Below, in pieces: positions 57,962-64,000 of a DNA stretch of 64,000 nt. Positions within the stretch are counted from its first letter, which is position 1. The number at the start of each line of letters is the position of its first letter. The stretch is from a bacterium (GTDB lineage: Bacteria > UBA8248): assembly GCA_965203325.1 (NCBI GenBank), contig OZ241875.1, positions 576,001 through 640,000 of the forward strand. The letters are read 5' to 3'. The position numbers were made by a program, and so were the translations under genes. Below the pieces are notes generated by a model. That model was given only the letters and a program-made list of their open reading frames with translations. It was not told the DNA's origin and ran no database searches.

Positions 57962-58489
57962 TCAATCCTCTTTCGGCCTCGGGGCGTGGTATCTGCGGTA
58001 TTCCTCGCCGAAGCAAAGCGTCGAGAAATCGCGCATCCTGTCGATGAACAACAACCCATCGAGATGATCGTACTCATGCTGGCACACGCGCGCGGCGAAA
58101 CCTTCAAGCTCCTCCGCATAGACGTTCCCCTCATGATCCTGCGCTTCCAGCCGCACGCGGTCGTTGCGCGGCACGCGGCCGTGAATGTCAGGGATGCTGA
58201 GACAACCCTCCCATTCCTCCCAACCCTCGTCGCCTAAGGCCGTGAGCTTCGGGTTCACGGCGAAACGCAGCGTTTCCTCATCGTCGGGGTCGAACTGCAT
58301 GACGAACAGCCTGATCCCCAAGTGCACCTGGGGAGCGGCCAGGCCCACGCCCGCATATTCCACCATCGTCTCGAACATATCCTCGATGATTTCCGCAAGT
58401 TCGGACCCCCCAAGATACTCGGGCTCGACCTCGCTCGCCTTCCGGCGCAGGACGGGGTGGCCCATGCGGGCGACCTTTAATATGGGCAT
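57962..58489 (-). CDS. def: Peptide deformylase
   Basis: GVGLAAPQ, EGCLS, QHEYDHLDG motifs. Confidence 0.97.
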   Translation of the reverse strand: MPILKVARMGHPVLRRKASEVEPEYLGGSELAEIIEDMFETMVEYAGVGLAAPQVHLGIRLFVMQFDPDDEETLRFAVNPKLTALGDEGWEEWEGCLSIPDIHGRVPRNDRVRLEAQDHEGNVYAEELEGFAARVCQHEYDHLDGLLFIDRMRDFSTLCFGEEYRRYHAPRPKED

Positions 58490-58498
58490 CTCCCTCTC

Positions 58499-59215
58499 CT
58501 ATTCGCTCGGGGACGAGGCGGGCGGCAGGGCGGCGAACCAGGCGGCCAGACCGCCCGGGTCGACGGTCTCCTCCAGCGAGTCCACCACGCGGTCGGCCCC
58601 GGTCAGCTTATCGGCGGGGTAGCTCGTCGTCACCGCGAGCGTCCTCATGCCGGCGGCGCCTCCCGAGCGCACGCCCGCCACGGAATCCTCCACCACGAGG
58701 CACGACCCCGGCGCAACCGGTTCGGCGCGGCCCTCGTTGATCCGCGCAAGCGCCGTCAGGAAACTCTCGGGGTCCGGCTTTCCCCGGCTCACCATCTCCG
58801 CCGTCACGATGATCGGGAAACAATCGATCAAGCCCACCCGCTCCAGCACGGGCCGCACCTCGTGGCCTAGGGCGCCGCTCGCGATGGCGAGGGGCCAGTG
58901 CGCGGCAGCGGCGCGAATCATCTCCGCAGCGCCCGGCAGAATCTGCGGCGCCAGAGCGATTTCCTGGTATCGCGCCTCTTTCATCTCCAGAAGCTGCTCG
59001 AAGCGGTCGGGCTCTACGCCCACGCCGCGATCGTTCAGCACGTGCGTGAACAGGAGCCTGTCGTCGAACGCGAGGTAGCGCTCGGCGTATTCCTCCTCGG
59101 TCAAGTCCAGGTCCAGCTCTTCCGAGAGCACCGCCTGGAACGCCGCCAGGTGCAGCGGCTCGCTGTCCGCGATGGTGCCGTCGAAATCAAAAATGATCGC
59201 TTGTAATTCCGGCAT
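58499..59215 (-). CDS. HAD-superfamily phosphatase (beta-PGM-like)
   Basis: FDFDGTIADSE, ASG, GKPDP, VEDS motifs. Confidence 0.92.
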   Translation of the reverse strand: MPELQAIIFDFDGTIADSEPLHLAAFQAVLSEELDLDLTEEEYAERYLAFDDRLLFTHVLNDRGVGVEPDRFEQLLEMKEARYQEIALAPQILPGAAEMIRAAAAHWPLAIASGALGHEVRPVLERVGLIDCFPIIVTAEMVSRGKPDPESFLTALARINEGRAEPVAPGSCLVVEDSVAGVRSGGAAGMRTLAVTTSYPADKLTGADRVVDSLEETVDPGGLAAWFAALPPASSPSE

Positions 59216-59302
59216 TCTCTCTCTCCGTATCCATGGCCGCCACGCCCCGGTGGAAGCCTCCGCCTCGCCGCCGCACGCCATCCGCCATCTTTTTACCGGG
59301 CC

Positions 59303-60067
59303 TTACAGCCACCCTCCTCCGTCTTCGAATATGCTCTCGCCCGTGATGTAGGCCGATGCGTCGGACGCCAGAAAAACCGCGAGACCCACGATGTCTTCGG
59401 GCTCCCCCACACGGCCCAGTATCGTCCTCTCGTTTAAACCCTCTTCCACTTCAGGGTCTGCGAGCGCGGGCTTGACCATCGGCGTACGGTGCACGCCCGG
59501 GCAGATGCAGTTCACGCGAACGCCGCGCCCGCCCCACTCCATCGCGAGCGATTTCGTCAGGCCCACCACGCCGTATTTGCTCGCGTTATAGGCCGCGCGC
59601 GCGGGCCGGTGCCCCCGCTCGCCCAGGAACGTGCCGATGCTCACGATGCTGCCGGAGCCTCGCGCGAGCATCCCCCGGCCTGCGGCCTGCGCGCACAGAA
59701 AAGCGCCCGTCAGGTTCACGTCGACGACGAAACGGAAATCCTCAGGGCTCACGTCCACGCTCGGGTCGGCGTTGATGACGCCTGCTCCGTTTATCAGGAT
59801 GCCGATACCGCCCAGGGCCTCTTCCGTCCGCACCACGGCGCGGGCCACCTCATCCGCTTTCGTCACGTCCGCTCCGATAGCGAGCGCGCGGCGGCCCAAG
59901 TCTTCTACCCGGCCCGCCGTCTCGGCCACCAGGTTCTCTCTCCTGCCCAGAACGGCCACGTCCGCTCCCGCTTCCGCCAGTCCCAGGGCCATCGCCGCGC
60001 CCAGGCCCGTGCCCGCTCCCGTCACCAGGGCCGCCTTTCCGTCCAGACGAAATTTATCGAGTATCAA
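59303..60067 (-). CDS. Short-chain dehydrogenase/reductase
   Basis: TGAGTGLG, YNASK, VRVNCICPG, DGG. Confidence 0.93.
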   Translation of the reverse strand: MILDKFRLDGKAALVTGAGTGLGAAMALGLAEAGADVAVLGRRENLVAETAGRVEDLGRRALAIGADVTKADEVARAVVRTEEALGGIGILINGAGVINADPSVDVSPEDFRFVVDVNLTGAFLCAQAAGRGMLARGSGSIVSIGTFLGERGHRPARAAYNASKYGVVGLTKSLAMEWGGRGVRVNCICPGVHRTPMVKPALADPEVEEGLNERTILGRVGEPEDIVGLAVFLASDASAYITGESIFEDGGGWL

Positions 60068-60157
60068 GGCAAAATCCTTTAGCGAAAGTATCGCTCCGCG
60101 TGATGAGCTATAACATCAGCCCAAAAACGAGGATGAAAAAGTTGTTTTTATTTACCT

Positions 60158-62125
60158 TCATTTTATAGCAGATGTTTCATGAGCAATTGATAATAACGGC
60201 ACACGGTTTTCCTCATTTAGAATCTCGCAACAAAGCCGTTCCAGACTATGTGATCGAAATTGTTGATCCCAAGCAAAAGCCAAGCTTGCGCCGATATGCA
60301 ACGTATTCTTTTTTAATCCTCCGGCAAGGCCATATTGATGATTAGCTTTGATCTGACACGATTTCCAATCATCTTCCCCTATATCCGCCTCGATGATCGC
60401 TCCGATATTAGAGTGCCAAATTGTGAATCCTTTACCCCAAATTGGAGCCGCAGGCATCGGGTTTTCGGACTCTGCACCCAGCAAGTTTAAAAGAGCCTGA
60501 TTGTCTTTTTCATGTTTGATTCGGCTGCCGTTCCTGTCTTGCTGGTCAGCATCGGCATCGAAGACTACATAAGTTGGAATACCCATATGTTTGGCGATGA
60601 CAAGAGGCTGGAGCAATTCGCTCTTCCCATTTACCGGAACGATATGGCAACCCATGCGCCTGTAATCTTCCAATCGCCCCAGTAAACTAAAATATGCCAA
60701 TAAGTAGGCTACATCTTCCAGCCCTTCAACTAAAACGAGGTGCTGTGTGAAAAACATTTCGTTCAAACTAGGCTGCAAGACCTGATGAATTTTTGCGAGC
60801 GCCCCCTCGGGTTTAACATGATGGTTACCCGTGGCTTCACCGACAGCCTTAGCAATTTCCCCGAAAGACATGTGCCAAACAGACGAAGAAGGACTGCCAG
60901 AGTCTTTACGGACCATACGCACATCCTCAAATCCTTCGCCAGAAACAAACAATGGGTTATGCGTAGAAACAAGGACTTGGGAGTTATCGCGGCTGAGGTT
61001 ATCAAGCACATCTGCAAGATGACGAGCTTGAGGTGGATGCTGATAGAGTTCAGGTTCCTCGCAAGCAAGTATTAAAGTAGGAGCACCAGAGGTGTTAGTT
61101 CCTGCGAGTTCTTGCAAAAGAGCAAGTAAATATGAGCGCTGCAAACCATGTCCGAAACGAGCCAACTCGCCTTCAAAGTTGCCTTCACCTGCAAGAATGT
61201 GAGCCAAAGGCTCCTCCACTTGTACTGATTTTTCGGGATCTTGCTTCCATTGTAGACGCAATCGCGCGTCTGGATGCGCCCATTCAGTTAGTCGTTCTTG
61301 AAGGCTAGTTGAGATTTCGTTGAGCACATCTTGGTTTTGATCAAGTATGTCCTGGTATTGCTCTTGCACCTCAGTTCGCAAAGCATTTACCGTTTCGTCG
61401 AAGTTCGTTTTGGACCGAACAGTGCGCGCTAAAAGCTTACCCAGAGCAGAGTTGCGCGCCTCGCTCTGCTCGCTCGTGACGTCTTTTACAGCTGGCACAT
61501 AAACCCACTGCACATGTTTGTCGAGTCGGTTGACCCCTCTAGAGAAACCATAAAATTGATCTTCACTTGGGATGAGTTCACATTGATTCGGGTGCTCACT
61601 TTCATAATCATGTAAAGCTTGCTCCATGTTGTTCTTGGTTCCAGGTGGAGGCAAATCCGCAAATTCGTTCCGGAGGCTAGTATAAATTTCTTTCAGTTCC
61701 GCTACTTTCTTCCCATCGCTTGAGGCCTTAAAAAATGGAGCAAAGTCTAATATCCCCGAGCGCTGACCATATTGTTTGACCTCCGCATTACCAGTATCGG
61801 CGTTAAATTCGGCAACAGCGGAAACAACGAGTTTGTCTTGACGGAAATAATTTGAGAAATCCTTCTGCGCTTCCTCGCTCAATTCGGTAAAAGTGATCGT
61901 GATACAAATAGGATCAGCGGTGTTTTTGCAATTAAAATCCTCCTCAGCCAATTGGCTAAGATTAGTCGGAGTATTTTTTGATTCTCGGAAGAATACATTA
62001 AGAGCAGTCAATACCGTGGATTTACCAGCACCATTGGGACCGACTAAGCAGGTATAATCATTGAAAGGAATGGTTTCATCTTTAAATGAGCGAAAATTCT
62101 CGATACGAACAGATTCTATTTTCAT
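60158..62125 (-). CDS. Solo OLD-family ABC-ATPase/Toprim nuclease
   Basis: GPNGAGKS, FGHG, EEPELYQHP, STH, Toprim VEGLED and FDAD; markedly lower GC than neighbours. Confidence 0.88.
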   Translation of the reverse strand: MKIESVRIENFRSFKDETIPFNDYTCLVGPNGAGKSTVLTALNVFFRESKNTPTNLSQLAEEDFNCKNTADPICITITFTELSEEAQKDFSNYFRQDKLVVSAVAEFNADTGNAEVKQYGQRSGILDFAPFFKASSDGKKVAELKEIYTSLRNEFADLPPPGTKNNMEQALHDYESEHPNQCELIPSEDQFYGFSRGVNRLDKHVQWVYVPAVKDVTSEQSEARNSALGKLLARTVRSKTNFDETVNALRTEVQEQYQDILDQNQDVLNEISTSLQERLTEWAHPDARLRLQWKQDPEKSVQVEEPLAHILAGEGNFEGELARFGHGLQRSYLLALLQELAGTNTSGAPTLILACEEPELYQHPPQARHLADVLDNLSRDNSQVLVSTHNPLFVSGEGFEDVRMVRKDSGSPSSSVWHMSFGEIAKAVGEATGNHHVKPEGALAKIHQVLQPSLNEMFFTQHLVLVEGLEDVAYLLAYFSLLGRLEDYRRMGCHIVPVNGKSELLQPLVIAKHMGIPTYVVFDADADQQDRNGSRIKHEKDNQALLNLLGAESENPMPAAPIWGKGFTIWHSNIGAIIEADIGEDDWKSCQIKANHQYGLAGGLKKNTLHIGASLAFAWDQQFRSHSLERLCCEILNEENRVPLLSIAHETSAIK

Positions 62126-62270
62126 GACCCATGTCTCCATCTATACAAAGTACAACTAATCCATTCCCTCCCCGCAAAAGCGCCCCAAGCTAGGGGAAGG
62201 CGCATGGGGTGTCAATATGAGGGGCGATAGTTTGAGCCGACGCGAGAGCATGGTGGAACGTATTTCTAGT

Positions 62271-62521
62271 GGGTTTGCTGAAAAAGCCCTCTCCGCCTCA
62301 TCCTGAGTAGTGGCGTCGCAGGCTCTCGCCTTGAAAACCAACCCCCCCTACCCCCCCTTGACAGGGGTCAAAACCGACCGAAGAGGGAGGTTTTGCAAGA
62401 CGATGTGTTTCTCGTCAATGGCTCATGCAAACGCTCGTTCATCACTCGCGTTTGACCCCTGACAAGGGGGGTAGGGGGGTTGCCTTTATCCCCTGGACAG
62501 GGAGGCTTTTTCATCAACCCC
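62271..62521. mobile_element. MITE-like element with an internal ~31-bp inverted repeat
   Basis: TIRs GGGTTTGCTGAAAAAGCC / GGGGTTGATGAAAAAGCC (16/18); internal IR 62340-62372 / 62451-62481. Confidence 0.6.
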
Positions 62522-62607
62522 GTTGTTGAGGGCATACATAAAGACTACACTTTTCCCGATGTGTTTGATCCCTGCAAAACGCCCCCACCCCAGGATGGGC
62601 TATCTGA

Positions 62608-63291
62608 ATGGCCGGTACCCGACCAGAACACTCGCTGGATGAGAAGTATGAAACCTGCCCCTTGTGCGGGTCGGGCGAGGCCGGGTTTTATCTTCGCGCC
62701 GATGGCAGGGATTATATGCACTGCCCCGTCTGCCGCCTCATTTTCGTACCGCCCGGGTACTGGCCCGCACCGGATGCGGAAAAAGCGAGATACTTACAGC
62801 ATCAGAATTCCGCTTCCGATGAAGGCTACGTCGCCTTTCTCAGGCAGTTGAGCGAGCCTCTGGCCAAGATGCTGCCCCAGGTCGCGCGGGGGCTTGATTT
62901 CGGCGCGGGGCCTGCGGCCGACGGACACCCCGTTCTGTGCGAACTGCTCCGGGCGGAAGACTTCGAGTGCCTGCCCTACGATCCTTACTTTTTCCCGGAA
63001 ACCCCCGAAGGCCCCTTCGATTTCATCGCCGCGAGCGAGACGTTCGAGCATCTCAGACATCCGAGAGAAGAAATCGGGCGGATTTATGAAAACTTGAAAT
63101 CGGGCGGCCTCTTGGGCGTCATGACGGCATTCTGGGAGGAGGCGCTGTTCGCCAATAACTGGCACTACAGGCGCGACTTCACCCATCTTTGCTTCTATCG
63201 GCCCGAAACTTTCGCATGGATTCAGGAGCATTTCGGCTTCGCATGCCGCTGGACGGATGAGCGCCGCGTCATCATTCTGGAGAAGTTGTAA
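62608..63291 (+). CDS. Class I SAM-dependent methyltransferase with N-terminal Zn ribbon
   Basis: CPLC...CPVC, GLDFGAG, YDPYF, ETFEH, WHYRRDFTH. Confidence 0.88.
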   Translation: MAGTRPEHSLDEKYETCPLCGSGEAGFYLRADGRDYMHCPVCRLIFVPPGYWPAPDAEKARYLQHQNSASDEGYVAFLRQLSEPLAKMLPQVARGLDFGAGPAADGHPVLCELLRAEDFECLPYDPYFFPETPEGPFDFIAASETFEHLRHPREEIGRIYENLKSGGLLGVMTAFWEEALFANNWHYRRDFTHLCFYRPETFAWIQEHFGFACRWTDERRVIILEKL

Positions 63292-63338
63292 TATGGCTGG
63301 ACTCCGATTGCTCTCTCAAAATATGAGGCGGGGCGTAT

Positions 63339-63643
63339 GGGGTTGTTGAATAAGTCCTGTGCGCCCCCTCGAATGGCGGCCGTAGGGGTCAGACATATAT
63401 GTCTGACCCTGTGGCCGCCCGTCGGTCGTATTCACCCCGATACAGGAAGGGCACGGGGGGCCACGGACAGGCACAGGGGCCTGTCCCTACGGATACCTCT
63501 TCCCGGTCGGCATTGACCGTCGCCGGAATGACGAACAAAGCCGAATCGCATCTGTAGGGACAGGTCGCGACCTGTCCCTACTCCTCCTTCCCCTTTCGAC
63601 TCCATCGTCGAATCACGAATTGAAGGGCTTTTTCAACAACCCC
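63339..63643. mobile_element. MITE-like element containing GTAG-type REP palindromes
   Basis: TIRs GGGGTTGTTGAATAAGTCC / GGGGTTGTTGAAAAAGCCC (17/19); internal GTAGGGGTCAGACATATATGTCTGACCC and GTAGGGACAGGTCGCGACCTGTCCCTAC. Confidence 0.65.
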
Positions 63644-63789
63644 GAAGCCGTCGCCCGGAATAATTATCTCCATTCGGCCCACTCATCCCCCTGGTTTTCC
63701 ATATCCCTTGTTCGCTCCCATCCGGTGTGGCATTCTTGCCCGTGGGAAAAACCTATTGATTCATGTGGGGAAACGCTCTCTTGCGCACG

Positions 63790-64000
63790 ATGAAAACGGA
63801 CATCCTCATCCTGGGTTCGGGCGGCGCGGGCCTCCTGGCCGCACTCGCCGCGCACACCAAAAACCCCGCTCTGGACATCACCGTGGCGGTCAAGGGTTTG
63901 TTTGGGAAAAGCGGCTGCACGCGCATGGTGCAGGGCGGCTACAACGTCGCGCTCGCCGAGACCGACTCGGTGGAAAACCACTTTCTCGACACCCTGAAGG
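63790..64000 (+). CDS. FAD-binding oxidoreductase (SdhA/FrdA/NadB family), N-terminal part
   Basis: Hand translation MKTDILILGSGGAGLLAA...KSGCTRMVQGG; runs off the window (alternative ATG 63763). Confidence 0.85.
   Translation, partial: MKTDILILGSGGAGLLAALAAHTKNPALDITVAVKGLFGKSGCTRMVQGGYNVALAETDSVENHFLDTLK

Overview
Bacterial chromosomal window with a high-GC core and a lower-GC, mosaic accessory middle. Bases 1-12.3 kb hold housekeeping genes: a hydantoinase/oxoprolinase A-B pair, gap-pgk-tpiA-secG and a peptide ABC transporter. A tRNA-Leu(GAG) at 12385-12471 is the attachment site of a ~35.5 kb genomic island, bounded by a 17-bp direct repeat at 12455-12471 and 47908-47924. The island carries a P4-like integrase/AlpA/primase-helicase module, decayed conjugative-element fragments, toxin-antitoxin loci, several orphan nuclease-like genes, a Gabija-like pair and a frameshifted IS256. 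Its main feature is an intact five-gene operon at 25252-36721: SF1 helicase-Vsr-like nuclease, a membrane-anchored coiled-coil protein with a 156-bp tandem repeat, a membrane-anchored coiled-coil McrB-like NxD GTPase, a DUF2357 McrC-like protein and a divergent Hsp70-like protein. This is a candidate membrane-tethered defence system of the coiled-coil McrBC lineage. Right of the island is a module of a CHASE2 class III cyclase (altered base-specifying residues), a FecR/TbpB-like protein and a Slam/DUF560-like protein. It is followed by tandem mini-cassettes that each end in a displaced copy of the def 3' end, then def-HAD-SDR, a solo OLD nuclease, and two MITE-like elements flanking a methyltransferase. 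All family calls come from motif recognition by eye; no searches were run.
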